Numbered from the stretch's first letter, positions 51,049 to 62,345 are shown. The stretch: 64,000 nucleotides of DNA from an uncultured candidate division Zixibacteria bacterium (GCA_963806185.1 CAWDXE010000001.1:736001-800000), one strand, 5' to 3'. The notes: generated by a model not told the origin, from the letters alone. Numbers and translations: made by a program.

Positions 51049-51239
51049 GTATTTCTTTAGAGATTTTTTGGCTGACCTTACCCGTCCGCCGGCGGAATGT
51101 TTGGATCAATCTACTCTATCTCTGCCGGCGCGCCTCATCTGATCGAGTCTGGCGACCAGAATCCTCTTGCCCCCGCCGGGCCCGGATATTTGTTTGCCTC
51201 GAATAATATCACCACATCGCATGCCGACAGGAGTCGTCT

Positions 51240-54062
51240 ATGACATCTCAGAGACTCGGGTATCCATTGCTCGCCGTCGCCTTCATGTTGCTCGCCTCTT
51301 CAGCCCCGTTCGCCACGGGGAATCCCATTTATTCGCCGAGTGTCGTCGCTGACACCCTTCCCTACTACGATACCTCGAGCTACGACAAGTCGATTCCTGC
51401 CCCCAACGCCTACACGTCACACCCCGGCGGCGAGTGGCCGGCGTCGTGGTCTGAAGTACTTGCCTACGCGCGAGCGGTCGCCGAAAAATCAGATCGTGTG
51501 CGATTCTTCACACAGGGAGAAACTTTCGAAGGTCGCGCGCTCATCTACCTGGTCATCTCCTCGCCGGAAAATATCCGGAATCTCGACAGTCTTCGCTCCA
51601 CGATGGCGCGGATCGCCGATCCCTCACAATCAATACCCGCTGCCGAACTTGACAAAACTACCGAGTCACAACCGGCCTTCGCCTGGCTCGGATACAGCAT
51701 CCATGGCGACGAACTCTCCGGCACTGACGCCGCCGTGCGTCTGATCTGGCACCTGGCCGCGGCGAACGATCCGGCGACACTCCGAATTTTGGAAGATCTC
51801 GTCATCATCATCGACCCATCGGAGAATCCTGACGGCCGGGATCGTTACCTGTCAATGCTGCAAACCTACCACAGTAATATGTCGAACTGGGACGATCAGG
51901 CGATGCAGCACAACGGTGTCTGGCCGTGGGGACGCGGCAACCACTATTGGTTCGACCTCAATCGTGACTGGATATTTGTCACTCAGCCCGAGACCAGGGC
52001 ACGCGTAGAAACTATTCTCAAGTACAATCCATTAGTGGTGGTCGATGCCCACGAAATGGGTTCCGACGACAACTTCCTCTTCGGCATGCCGCGCGAGCCG
52101 ATCAATCCGAATACGCCGCCCACCGTGAAACAGTGGATGCAGGTGTTCACGCAGGAACAGGCCAAAGCGCTCGACAAATTCGCTTGGCCCTACTACACCG
52201 GTGAATGGCACGAGCAATGGTTTATTGGCTACGGTTCAGCCTGGCCCACCATGTTCGGCGCTCTCGCCATTCTCTATGAGCAGGCGCGGGTCGGCGGCGG
52301 CGCCATCATGCAGCCGGGCAATTATCTGTTGCATTATCAGGAGGCGGTTCACCATCAGTTTGCCTCCTCCCTGGCCAATCTCACGTCGCTCGCCGATCAT
52401 CGCGTCCAGTTGCTTCGCGACTATCGCGAAACCCGCCGCCAGATTGTTGAAAACGGCCGAAAGTCCAATCTTGCCTACCTCGTCGTGCCCGACCGTGACA
52501 GCGCACGCCTCTCAACATTCATCAAATCACTTCTCGATCAGGGTATTCAGGTACAACGGGCCAGAGCGGAATTCACTGTGAGTTCCGTCACCGACATCTA
52601 CCACAAGAGTCTGTCGTCAAAACGATTCCCCATCGGCACTCTCATCGTCTCCACTGCTCAGCCTCATGGCGCACTGGTTAAGGCGATCTTCGAATTCGAC
52701 CCGCATTTCGATCAGACAGAACTGGATCTGGAACGTCGCGAAGTAGAAAAGACCGGCGGCACCCGTCAGTACGAAACCACTACCTGGTCGGTGCCGCTTG
52801 GTTATGACCTGGAAACATATGCTACTACTTCCGACTTCACTGCCACAGTCGTTCCCCTTTCCTACTTGCCCTCGTCTCCCGGCTATCTCATCAATGCCGG
52901 CGCCCAGGTTGGGTATTTGGTCGACATGCTGGGGGAACTTACCTACAGACTGCTCAACCAACTCTTTCAGCACGGCATAAACGTCTACGCCACGGAGAAC
53001 GCCGTCACTGTCGAAGGACGCACTTACCCGCGTGGCTCACTGTATATCCGCAAACGCGGCAACCCCGCCGACCTCGCGCAAACTCTGGAGCGCCTTGCCG
53101 GGCAGGTGGGCATCAGCATTTATGGTGTCAATACGGGCCTCGCAACCGAAGGCTCGATGCTCGGCGCTCCGACCTTCCGTCTGCTCACCGAGCCGCGCAT
53201 CGCGCTTGTTGCCGGCAACCCCATGGACTTCAGTTCTGCCGGTTCAATTTGGTTCACGATCGATCGCCAACTCGAACTCCCCCATTCGCTCCTCAGCCTT
53301 GAGTGGCTGCCCTACACGAATCTTGACAAGTACAATGTGCTGATCATTCCCGACGCCTGGGGCGGACAGATCGGCGAGCGCCTCGGCAAGAATGGCGCCC
53401 AAACCCTCCGCACCTGGGTTGAAGCCGGCGGGACGTTGATTCTCGTCGGAAGTTCCGCCGCCTGGGCGGCCGATACCGCCACCGGCTTGTCATCGGTCCG
53501 CCTTCGCAGTCAGGTGCTAAATGATCTGGGCGAATGGGAAAAATCTTTGCAGCGCGAATTGGCCGCCGAAAAGATCGCTGTCGACACCGCCTCCGTTTGG
53601 AACCCCGCAAGAGTACCGAAGGACACATCGAAAGTTCAAGCGACGGACTCAAAAATCATCGAAGCCGACGAGCAATGGGCCACCCGTTTTCAGCCCCGTG
53701 GCGCCTTCCTGCTGGCTGAGATTGATACTACGGAATGGCTGTCATTTGGCCTCAGGAAAAACCTTCCTGTGCTCGTCTACACCGACAAAATCTTTCTCTC
53801 TAAAAATCCGGTCATCGCGGTCGCACGACTCACTAACGACAAGAACGAGCTTCGCCTCTCCGGCCTCCTCTGGCCCGAGGCCCGCGAGCGGTGGGCCGGC
53901 TCTGCCTTCGTGACTCGCGAGTCTGTCGGAAGCGGCCAGATCGTTCTCTTTGCGGGAGAGCCGAACACACGTGCCTATGCCTGGGGCACGCGGACACTCC
54001 TGGCCAATGCGGTCCTCTACGGCCCCGGTTTCTGCGGCTCGCGTATCGATTATAAAAAGTAG
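51240..54062 (+). CDS. Secreted M14-family zinc carboxypeptidase with C-terminal GATase-like region
   Basis: Signal peptide; SIHGDE; NPDGRDR; DLNRDW; DAHEMG. Confidence 0.88.
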   Translation: MTSQRLGYPLLAVAFMLLASSAPFATGNPIYSPSVVADTLPYYDTSSYDKSIPAPNAYTSHPGGEWPASWSEVLAYARAVAEKSDRVRFFTQGETFEGRALIYLVISSPENIRNLDSLRSTMARIADPSQSIPAAELDKTTESQPAFAWLGYSIHGDELSGTDAAVRLIWHLAAANDPATLRILEDLVIIIDPSENPDGRDRYLSMLQTYHSNMSNWDDQAMQHNGVWPWGRGNHYWFDLNRDWIFVTQPETRARVETILKYNPLVVVDAHEMGSDDNFLFGMPREPINPNTPPTVKQWMQVFTQEQAKALDKFAWPYYTGEWHEQWFIGYGSAWPTMFGALAILYEQARVGGGAIMQPGNYLLHYQEAVHHQFASSLANLTSLADHRVQLLRDYRETRRQIVENGRKSNLAYLVVPDRDSARLSTFIKSLLDQGIQVQRARAEFTVSSVTDIYHKSLSSKRFPIGTLIVSTAQPHGALVKAIFEFDPHFDQTELDLERREVEKTGGTRQYETTTWSVPLGYDLETYATTSDFTATVVPLSYLPSSPGYLINAGAQVGYLVDMLGELTYRLLNQLFQHGINVYATENAVTVEGRTYPRGSLYIRKRGNPADLAQTLERLAGQVGISIYGVNTGLATEGSMLGAPTFRLLTEPRIALVAGNPMDFSSAGSIWFTIDRQLELPHSLLSLEWLPYTNLDKYNVLIIPDAWGGQIGERLGKNGAQTLRTWVEAGGTLILVGSSAAWAADTATGLSSVRLRSQVLNDLGEWEKSLQRELAAEKIAVDTASVWNPARVPKDTSKVQATDSKIIEADEQWATRFQPRGAFLLAEIDTTEWLSFGLRKNLPVLVYTDKIFLSKNPVIAVARLTNDKNELRLSGLLWPEARERWAGSAFVTRESVGSGQIVLFAGEPNTRAYAWGTRTLLANAVLYGPGFCGSRIDYKK

Positions 54063-54273
54063 TCAATGGTAGTCCTCATTTGGCGACGGGTGGTGTGAGC
54101 CACCCGTCCTCTATCCGTATACCGATCTATATTATCCATTTCGTCTTGCCCGCTGCCACTCCGGTTGTTATCATGTCTCGGTCGTCGCGTAACCCGATTC
54201 CGTTCGGCATTGCCAAGTCGGGACTGTAATTGCCGCACCGGCATCCGCCGCCACGTACAGAGGAGACACCTGC

Positions 54274-55266
54274 ATGCGCTTAGTCGGAAAAATAATTCTC
54301 GGCATCATCGCCCTTGGCCTGGTGGTAGTAGTCGGATTGGTCGTCTACGTGAAACTGGCCTATCCGAAAGTCGGGCCGCCGCCAACCGTCACCGTTACCC
54401 CGACCCCCGAACTGCTTGAACGCGGTTATTACCTCGCCAATCATGTGGCAGTCTGTATGGACTGTCACTCCGAACGCGACTGGACTCGCTATTCCGGTCC
54501 GGCCAAAGACGGCACGATGGGCAAGGGCGGAGATCGCTTCGGCGAAGAATTCGGTTTCCCCGGAAATTTCTACGCCAAAAACATCACACCGCACAATCTG
54601 GCGGATTGGACTGATGGCGAGATCATCCGCGCCATAACAGAAGGCGTTAATCGCGAGGGCGAGCCATATTTCCCGATCATGCCCTACCCGTCGTACAAGC
54701 ACATGGCTGCCGAAGACGTTCAGGCCATTGTCGCGTACGTCCGCTCGCTCCCGTCGATAGCGTCCGAACCGGCGAAATCAGAAGCCAACTTCCCTTTCAG
54801 TCTGATTATGCGGCTGATACCGGCACCCGCCGAACCGATGACCATACCGGCCAAGAGCGATACGACGGCGTATGGCAAGTATCTGGTGACTATTGCCGGT
54901 TGCGGCGACTGCCATACACCGACCGACCGGGGCCGTCCTATCGATTCGATGCGTTTTGCAGGCGGAATGGAATTCAGCCTGCCCTGGGGAATTGTGCGCT
55001 CGGCCAACTTGACCCCGGACAATGAAACGGGCATCGGCGACTGGGACAAGGAAACCTTCGTCTTGCTATTCAAAGGGTACGACAACGATGAGGCACGCCA
55101 TCTCTCTGTCCCGGCCGGAGAATTCAACACGGTCATGCCCTGGACCATGTACGCCGGTATGACCGAAGAGGATCTGGGCGCCGTCTACACCTACTTGCAC
55201 TCGCTGAATCCGATCACTCATCAGGTGGAGCGGTTTACTCCCCAGGGAACAGCCGTCAGCCATTAG
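54274..55266 (+). CDS. Membrane-anchored diheme cytochrome c
   Basis: N-terminal TM; CMDCH and CGDCH; NITP/NLTP; IMPY/VMPW distal Met; RBS aggag. Confidence 0.9.
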   Translation: MRLVGKIILGIIALGLVVVVGLVVYVKLAYPKVGPPPTVTVTPTPELLERGYYLANHVAVCMDCHSERDWTRYSGPAKDGTMGKGGDRFGEEFGFPGNFYAKNITPHNLADWTDGEIIRAITEGVNREGEPYFPIMPYPSYKHMAAEDVQAIVAYVRSLPSIASEPAKSEANFPFSLIMRLIPAPAEPMTIPAKSDTTAYGKYLVTIAGCGDCHTPTDRGRPIDSMRFAGGMEFSLPWGIVRSANLTPDNETGIGDWDKETFVLLFKGYDNDEARHLSVPAGEFNTVMPWTMYAGMTEEDLGAVYTYLHSLNPITHQVERFTPQGTAVSH

Positions 55267-55289
55267 GCCGGGATTATCAGCCCTCATCG

Positions 55290-55318
55290 AAGCCCCGCTA
55301 CAGCGGGGTTTCTTTTTG
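55290..55318 (+). terminator. Rho-independent terminator
   Basis: Hairpin aagccccgct-ac-agcggggttt followed by cttttt. Confidence 0.8.
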
Positions 55319-55408
55319 TCGCTTGATCAAAGTCAAACCGATTGCAGTCGCGATTGATTGTCCTTATTTTCACAAGACCTTTTGGACCGATAAAGTAGAG
55401 GAGTTGGC

Positions 55409-56924
55409 ATGGCGGATACGATCAGGAAGCAAAGTCTTTTCAAGCACCCCTTGGCGGCATGGGGCGGTGCGTTGTTTTTTGCTGGCGCGGCGGCCTTCAT
55501 CATTCTCGCCATTGTCGACCTTATGGCCGCTGTCGACAACCCGTACCGGTCACTCATAACCTTCGTCGGCGCGCCGGCTGTCAGCCTGCTCGGTTTCATC
55601 CTCTTCATGCTGTCAATCCGCATACAGGTCATGAAAGCCCGCAAGCGGGGCGAGAAGGTCCGCTTCAATTTCGCCATTGAACCCTCCGATCCCGGCTACA
55701 TGCGCAACCTCTGGCTCTTTCTCGGTCTGACCGGCACATTCATCTTCCTGGTCGCTTACAGCGGCTATAAAGGATACGAGGTCACCGACTCGGTTGGCTT
55801 CTGCGGCGAAACCTGCCACACCGTCATGAATCCTCAGGCGGTCACCTATCAGAATTCCGCGCACGCCCGTGTCCCCTGCGTAGAATGCCACATCGGCCCC
55901 GGTGCGTCATTCTGGGTCCGTTCCAAAGTTGACGGCGCCCGACAGGTCATCGCGGCGATCTTCAATACCTACAGTCGCCCAATCGAAACACCGGTCATGA
56001 ATCTCCGGCCCGCCCAGCAAACCTGCGAAGGGTGCCACTGGCCCCAGCAGTTCTACGGTCAGAAGTTGGTTACCCACACCTACTACCGCTCTGACTCCGC
56101 CAATACTCCCTGGACGGTTTCGATGCTCGTGAAGATCGGCGGCGGCAATCCGCGCTCCGGCCGACAGGAGGGCATCCACTGGCACATGCTGCAGGAGAAC
56201 AAAGTCGAGTACATCGCGTCGGATCGCAAGCGCACGTCCATTCCGTGGATACGCGCGACCAAGGCCAACGGCGAGGTTTCCATCTACACCGACCCGGGCG
56301 CAACCATGCCTGATACGACCGCCGACAGCGTGGAAATTCGCCGCTTCGATTGTATGGATTGCCACAATCGCCCCAGCCATCGCTTCCAGTCACCGGCTGT
56401 CGCGATTAACCTTGCCCTCTCGACTCGCGCTATGTCACCGGGACTCCCCTATGTGCGGCAGGTTGGTATCGACCTTTTGAACGCGAATTACGCCACCAAA
56501 CAGCAGGCGCTCGATTCCATTGCCAAAAGTCTGCCTACTTACTATGCGACTAACTATCCCGATATGGTCTCGTCGCATAAGGCCGATATCGATCAGGCGG
56601 TCGGGGCACTGCAATCGATTTACGATCAGAACTTCTTCCCGGAAATGAAAACCGACTACCGCGCCCGAGAAAATCACCTCAGCCATTTCACCAACGACGG
56701 CTGTTTCCGTTGTCACGATGGGGTCAAGAAGAATGAAAAGGGCGAGGTGTTAGCTCACGACTGCCGCACCTGCCACACGATCGTGGCCCAGGGGCCGTCG
56801 GAGAGTATTGCTCAGGCTGGCCAGCAATATCAACGGGTTGGATTTCCAGCATCCGGAAGATATCGAGGACGCCTGGAAGGAGTCCAAGTGCACCGAATGT
56901 CACACGCCGGAATCGGGGTATTGA
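55409..56924 (+). CDS. NapC/NirT-like membrane-anchored multiheme cytochrome c (7 heme motifs after correcting a +1 indel at about 56815)
   Basis: 3 TMs; CGETCH, CVECH, CEGCH, CMDCH, CFRCH, CRTCH; the shifted frame gives GLDFQHPEDIEDAWKESKCTECHTPESGY-stop. Confidence 0.85.
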
Positions 56925-58604
56925 TCAGGCTTTGACGATTTTGCGGTAACGGTTGCGGCGGTTTTCGAATAACTTGCCGCCCAGTTCCTTCTGGCGCCAC
57001 TCTTCGTATTCGCGGAAGTTCCCCGTGAACCACCGCACCTGACCCTCGCCTTCAAAGACGAGCAGGTGCGTGCAAATGCGGTCGAGAAAGAAGCGATCGT
57101 GGCTGATCACCAGCACGCAGCCACCGAAATTCAAGATCGCCTCTTCCAGCATCCGCAGCGTATTGACATCCAGATCATTGGTCGGTTCGTCGAGCAACAA
57201 CACGTTCCCGCCGACTTTCAGCACTTTGGCCAGATGGGCGCGATTCCGCTCGCCGCCCGAAAGCTTGTCGACCGTCTTCTGCTGGTCTGATCCCTTAAAG
57301 CCAAACCGCGAGAGATACTGCCGAAGCGGCACGGTCTGCTTGCCGAGCTGCACCTCTTCGAGCCCGTCACCAACTTCCTGCAGGAGTGAGTGCGTGCCCA
57401 GCGAATCGCGGCTCTGATCGACATACCCCATCTTGACCGTCGAGCCGATCACCACCTCGCCCGTGTCCGGCTTCTCTTTGCCGACAATCAGTTTGAGAAG
57501 CGTGGTCTTGCCGGTCCCATTGGGACCAATCACCCCGACTACCGCCGAACGCGGAATGATGAAATTCAGATCGGAGAAGAGAATCGTGTCGCCGTACTGC
57601 TTGGCAACATTCTTGAATTCAATCACCTTGTCGCCCAGCTCCGGTCCCGGCGCAATCGTGATGACGGAGCTGTCTTCCTTCGCGACCGCATTCTCGCGCG
57701 CGATCAGTTGCTCGTATTCCCGCAAACGGGTGCGGGCCATTTCGTGACGGTCATTGTTTGACATCTTGATCCAGGCCAACTCATGCGCCAGCGCCCGCGA
57801 GCGAGGGGAATCTTTCTTCTCCGCCGCCGCCAGTTTGGCCAGCTTCTGTTCCAGCCACGACGAATAGCTTCCCTCGTACGGAATCCCCTTTCCGTCGTCC
57901 AATTCCAGAATCCACTTGGTGATGTTGTCGAGAAAATACCGATCGTGCGTGACGATAATCACCGTGCCGGGATAGTCCTTAAGCTGTGTTTCCAGCCAGT
58001 CGATCGTTTCAGCATCGAGATGGTTGGTCGGTTCGTCGAGCAACAGCAGATCCGGACGTTCGAGCAACGCCCGGCAAAGCGCCACCCGTCGCCGTTCACC
58101 ACCCGACAGCGTGTTGACAATCCGGTCATCTTCGGGCAAATACAAAGCGTCAGCCGCGACAGCCAGATGCTGGTCCAGATTCCAGGCGTCGACCGCGTCC
58201 AGTTTGTCCTGCAGCACCCCCATCCGGTCCATCAGCTTCTGCATCTGGTCGTCCGACATCGGCTCGGCCATCTTGCCGGTGACCTCGTCGTACTCCTTGA
58301 GCAGCTTCATCGTTCTGCCGAAAGCTGCTTCCAGATTCTGCTTGACCGTCTTGTCGTCGTCGAGTACCGGCTCCTGGGCGACAAATCCCGACCGGTAGCC
58401 GCCGAGCAGCTCGGCCTTGCCGACAAACTGATCGTCGAGCCCCGCCATGATGCGAAGCACTGTTGACTCTTGCCGGCGCCGTTTTCTCCCGACGATGCCG
58501 ATCTTGGCTCCGGGGTAGAAACTGAGGTAGATGTCCTTGAGTACCTGTTTCTGGCCGTAGTACTTATTGAGGCCGAGCATCGTGAAAATATATTGTTCGC
58601 CCAT
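56925..58604 (-). CDS. ettA: ABC-F energy-dependent translational throttle protein
   Basis: LSFYPGAKIG; two ABC domains (LSGGERRR, LSGGERNR, DEPTNHLD, DEPTNDLD); first Walker A locally scrambled by compensating indels. Confidence 0.93.
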   Translation of the reverse strand: MGEQYIFTMLGLNKYYGQKQVLKDIYLSFYPGAKIGIVGRKRRRQESTVLRIMAGLDDQFVGKAELLGGYRSGFVAQEPVLDDDKTVKQNLEAAFGRTMKLLKEYDEVTGKMAEPMSDDQMQKLMDRMGVLQDKLDAVDAWNLDQHLAVAADALYLPEDDRIVNTLSGGERRRVALCRALLERPDLLLLDEPTNHLDAETIDWLETQLKDYPGTVIIVTHDRYFLDNITKWILELDDGKGIPYEGSYSSWLEQKLAKLAAAEKKDSPRSRALAHELAWIKMSNNDRHEMARTRLREYEQLIARENAVAKEDSSVITIAPGPELGDKVIEFKNVAKQYGDTILFSDLNFIIPRSAVVGVIGPNGTGKTTLLKLIVGKEKPDTGEVVIGSTVKMGYVDQSRDSLGTHSLLQEVGDGLEEVQLGKQTVPLRQYLSRFGFKGSDQQKTVDKLSGGERNRAHLAKVLKVGGNVLLLDEPTNDLDVNTLRMLEEAILNFGGCVLVISHDRFFLDRICTHLLVFEGEGQVRWFTGNFREYEEWRQKELGGKLFENRRNRYRKIVKA

Positions 58605-58710
58605 GGGTGGCTTTCCGCGCTAAAAGGGTCCTGAAATTGCCTGTGATCGGTCAGTATGTAGCGCGAAAATAGACGGAAGTCAAGCGGGGTGTTGGGGCAC
58701 CCCGTACGGG

Positions 58711-60249
58711 CTATTTGAGATAAATGACCTTCTTCGAATCCCCGCCGGAGTCGGTGGTGGCGCGGATGAAGTAGACGCCGGATGACCTATCCCCCGCATT
58801 CCAGGCAATCGTCTGCTCCCCGGCTCCGAGTTCATCGTCATACACCGTGGCAATTTTCTGCCCCAGCATATTGACAACGTCGATCTTCACCCGCTGGCGA
58901 CGGTCATTGCTGACGGGCAGGACGATACTCCCGTTGAACGGATTGGGGTAGGGCGCTCCAAGCGCAAACGACGCCGGCAAGGCGTCAGGCGAATTGTCGT
59001 CGACACCGGTGGAGACGTCGAGGCGGTAGACGGAGATGGAGCTATCGTTGTAGGTAACGAGACGCGGCTGACCATCGCCAAAGGAAGTGGTCCAAATGTG
59101 TTTTGACGGCGGCAACGGAATGCACGCCAGACGGGCGCCGTCTTCTCCACGGAATAAGCACAGTGAGCTATCGTACTGGGCGAAAAAGTACCCGGGAAAC
59201 CACGGGTGATAGACAATGGAGCCCTGAAAGCGATAGTCCCTGATGAACCAGCGTAGGGTCAGCGAATCCGGCGATGTGATGTCATACATCGCATAGCCAC
59301 CGCCGGAGCTGGAGTCTTCGCTATTGGTCCGTTCGCCCCAACTACGCAACCACCAGTACCAGGTTGCCAAATTCGGTCTCGAAGATCCAGCAACCATTGC
59401 GCCAATATCACCAACATAATTGTATTCTGCGGAATACTCGTACAACATACTCGCGACCTTGGAGCTGCCCCCAAGTGACGATACGATTCTGCTTGTCCCA
59501 TTGGGCCGCAGATGCGCTACTTCGGCACCATCGCTGGCGAGTTCAAATCCTATTACACTCAGGAAATAACTCCAGTGATCGCTGCAGAACACCAATGACC
59601 CATAGTCCGCATCATTGTACTCCCGAACCTCGCCTACGAAGTTGTCCGTCGCCCAAGTGATAGAATCAGGAAAGTGGTCGTATAACAGAGCTAGATTCAC
59701 TACCCGAAACGGATACTCGGGCATGGTAAGACCCAGACTAACCAATAACTCTTTCAACCCGTCATTGTCCAGATCCACGGCATCAAAGGCTGATACCTTC
59801 AATGGCGCCCAAGCTTCAAACGAGGCCCGACGCTCCAGTGTATCTTCGGCCACAAGGGAGTATCCAAGAGCACCATCGAAGAGACGGACGAAATGTTGAG
59901 AGGGAAGAGCAACATGAATATCGGAGATGGTGGAGATGTAGGCGATATCCGCCTTGCCATCGCTCGTCAGATCCGCGACAACAAACTTCTCAATGTATTC
60001 CGGATCCGTCACCGATGCGTGAAAGAGTATGGAGTCGCCGGCAATATCACAGAGAAACACGTCGTGCCGCCCAAGTACTCCGACTTCCGGAAATCCGTTA
60101 GCCGTAACATCGGCGAATACCACCTGAGAGACCTCGCCGACAGACGGCGGCGTGAACGTCAGATGGTGCACTAGCTCAATCGTCGCGCCGAATGCTGCTG
60201 ACGCCACAAAGCTCAACGCAAGACCGACTAAACTCATGACTCGACGCAT
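58711..60249 (-). CDS. Secreted FG-GAP-like repeat protein with T9SS-type C-terminal sorting domain
   Basis: RBS ggaggg; signal peptide; DVTANG, DLTSDG, DLDNDG repeats; PYPNPFN...SGVYFIR...KKVIYLK. Confidence 0.8.
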   Translation of the reverse strand: MRRVMSLVGLALSFVASAAFGATIELVHHLTFTPPSVGEVSQVVFADVTANGFPEVGVLGRHDVFLCDIAGDSILFHASVTDPEYIEKFVVADLTSDGKADIAYISTISDIHVALPSQHFVRLFDGALGYSLVAEDTLERRASFEAWAPLKVSAFDAVDLDNDGLKELLVSLGLTMPEYPFRVVNLALLYDHFPDSITWATDNFVGEVREYNDADYGSLVFCSDHWSYFLSVIGFELASDGAEVAHLRPNGTSRIVSSLGGSSKVASMLYEYSAEYNYVGDIGAMVAGSSRPNLATWYWWLRSWGERTNSEDSSSGGGYAMYDITSPDSLTLRWFIRDYRFQGSIVYHPWFPGYFFAQYDSSLCLFRGEDGARLACIPLPPSKHIWTTSFGDGQPRLVTYNDSSISVYRLDVSTGVDDNSPDALPASFALGAPYPNPFNGSIVLPVSNDRRQRVKIDVVNMLGQKIATVYDDELGAGEQTIAWNAGDRSSGVYFIRATTDSGGDSKKVIYLK

Positions 60250-60425
60250 ATTCCCTCCAGCTTGTCCTACCCTCAAGATATGCCATAAAGACGTTCCAGC
60301 AACACAATTGTGGAATGACTTAACGATAATATAAGACATTGCCTTACAATAACATGCCCAACAAAATACCCCGACACACCTGCCGGGGTACATAATGAAA
60401 CAAGTCTGTTCAGATTGAAGTCTGT

Positions 60426-61517
60426 CTACGCCTTGTCGACCTTCTCCCCTGTCATCAATTCAATCTCCGACAACAACGTCTCGACCAGCTGGTTCTCATC
60501 CATCCGCTTCACAATCTCACCCTTCTTGATGAGCATCCCCTTACCGTCGCCGCCGGCAATCCCTACGTCCGCGGCGGCCGCTTCGCCCGGCCCATTCACT
60601 GCACACCCCATCACCGCCACTTTCAGCGGCGTCTTGATATTGCGCGTGCGACGTTCAATCATCTCCGCCATCGGGATCATATCGATCTGACATCGTCCGC
60701 ACGTCGGGCAGGCGATCACCTCGACCCCGTCGGTCTTAAGCGCACAGGCGGTGAGAATCTGTTTCGCCACCCGCACCTCATGCACCGGATCGGCCGTCAA
60801 CGATACGCGAATTGTATCACCGATACCGGTCATCAGGATCGTCCCAATCCCCACCGAACTCTTGATCGATCCCGTCTCCAGTGTCCCCGATTCAGTGATC
60901 CCCACGTGCAACGGATACTCGCACTTGGCCGCCAGCATGTGATACGCCCAGAACGCCGTCACCGTGTTGGTCGACTTGACCGATATGACGATATCAGTGA
61001 AATTCATATCCTCGAGCACCGCAATTTCCCGCAGTGCTGCCTCGACAAACCCTTCTGGATTATCGTGACCGTACTTCTCCAGCACATCTTTTGGAAGTGA
61101 TCCGGAATTGACGCCGATCCGAATCGGCACCCCTTTATCCTTGGCCGCCTTGGTCACCTCGCGGACTTTCCACTCCGCTCCGATATTGCCCGGATTGATC
61201 CGAATCTTGTCAAACCCCGACTCAATTGCCTTGAGCGCCAGCTTGTACTGAAAATGTATGTCCGCCACGAGCGGCTTGGTTACCCGCTTGCGGATTTCGG
61301 GGAGAAACTCCGATGTCCGGTGGTTGAGTACCGCCAGCCGAACGATGTCGGCACCCGCCTCGAACAACTGGTTGCACTGCGCGACCGTCGCCTCGACGTC
61401 GGCGGTGTCGGTCGTCGTCATCGACTGTATGGCAATGGGAAAGCCGCCGCCGATCAGCACGTCGCCGATCTTGACACCCTTGCTTTTGCGGCGCTTTATG
61501 GGATACGGTATTTCCAT
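60426..61517 (-). CDS. ispG: (E)-4-hydroxy-3-methylbut-2-enyl-diphosphate synthase
   Basis: IQSMT; LVADIHF; RINPGNIG; RIGVNSGSL; GIGDTIRVSL; ACPTCGRC; MGCAVNGPGE. Confidence 0.97.
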   Translation of the reverse strand: MEIPYPIKRRKSKGVKIGDVLIGGGFPIAIQSMTTTDTADVEATVAQCNQLFEAGADIVRLAVLNHRTSEFLPEIRKRVTKPLVADIHFQYKLALKAIESGFDKIRINPGNIGAEWKVREVTKAAKDKGVPIRIGVNSGSLPKDVLEKYGHDNPEGFVEAALREIAVLEDMNFTDIVISVKSTNTVTAFWAYHMLAAKCEYPLHVGITESGTLETGSIKSSVGIGTILMTGIGDTIRVSLTADPVHEVRVAKQILTACALKTDGVEVIACPTCGRCQIDMIPMAEMIERRTRNIKTPLKVAVMGCAVNGPGEAAAADVGIAGGDGKGMLIKKGEIVKRMDENQLVETLLSEIELMTGEKVDKA

Positions 61518-61593
61518 AGCGAACTGAAGTCCTTGCATGTATACTAAGGCCGGTAATTTACCCATTTTACACAGCGACGCAATGGAAAGTTGG

Positions 61594-62023
61594 ATGAAAT
61601 CAGTCTGGGTTAAACGATTGCTCCCCTTTGTCTTAATCGTGGCGATCTGGTTCGGCTACGACTGGTATTCGACACGCCGCGAGGCCTTGATGCTGGCCGA
61701 AGAACATCGCTACGCTCTGGCTACCGCCCGCGTCTGGGTCGCGACCGCCAGATTTCGCCTCGACGAAAAAGGGTACCTGCAATATCGAGATTCGCTCTTG
61801 GCGGCTGAGGGATTGTCGGCTGAGTAATTTGAAGGCGTTTCAGAAGCAGTATGAACAGACGCCGGACGCGGCGCTCCGCTACGCCGCAACCATCAACAAG
61901 ATGGTTGATTCGCTCGTGGTAAAGAGGATTCAGTGCTCGGCATCAAGCGGGACACCACCGCTGAAGAATGAAGTTACTCCGTCTGAAAGGCGTTCGGGTA
62001 CTGTTCCAGCTTGCCGTTGCTGA
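61594..62023 (+). CDS. Hypothetical membrane-anchored protein, probably one gene broken at about 61825
   Basis: N-terminal TM; ORF stops at 61827 and resumes at 61829 in the next frame; true end uncertain. Confidence 0.45.
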
Positions 62024-62345
62024 ACGTCACCACGTCAAAGCGCAAATCGCAATTGATGATCCCCGCCGAATCGAGATAGGCGTACGCCGCCTCGATCAAG
62101 TGCATCTGCTTTGACTTGTTGACTTTCAGCGACGGATGACCAAACGCATCACTGCCGGCGTACTTCACCTCGACAAAGATCACCTGGTTATCTTTGCGGA
62201 CTACCAGGTCGATCTCCTTCTTGCCGGCACGCCAGTTCTGCGCGATGACTTTGAATCCCTGGTTCTGATAAAAGCGGGCCGCCTGCTGTTCAAACTCTCG
62301 GCCAAGCGCCTGCTTGTTCGGTTTGGTTTCAGTCTTGGAGGACAT
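61974..62345 (-). CDS. yraN: YraN (UPF0102) family nuclease
   Basis: LG..E..A...NWR....EIDLV....FVEVK; RFDVV; follows rnhB. Confidence 0.9.
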   Translation of the reverse strand: MSSKTETKPNKQALGREFEQQAARFYQNQGFKVIAQNWRAGKKEIDLVVRKDNQVIFVEVKYAGSDAFGHPSLKVNKSKQMHLIEAAYAYLDSAGIINCDLRFDVVTFSNGKLEQYPNAFQTE

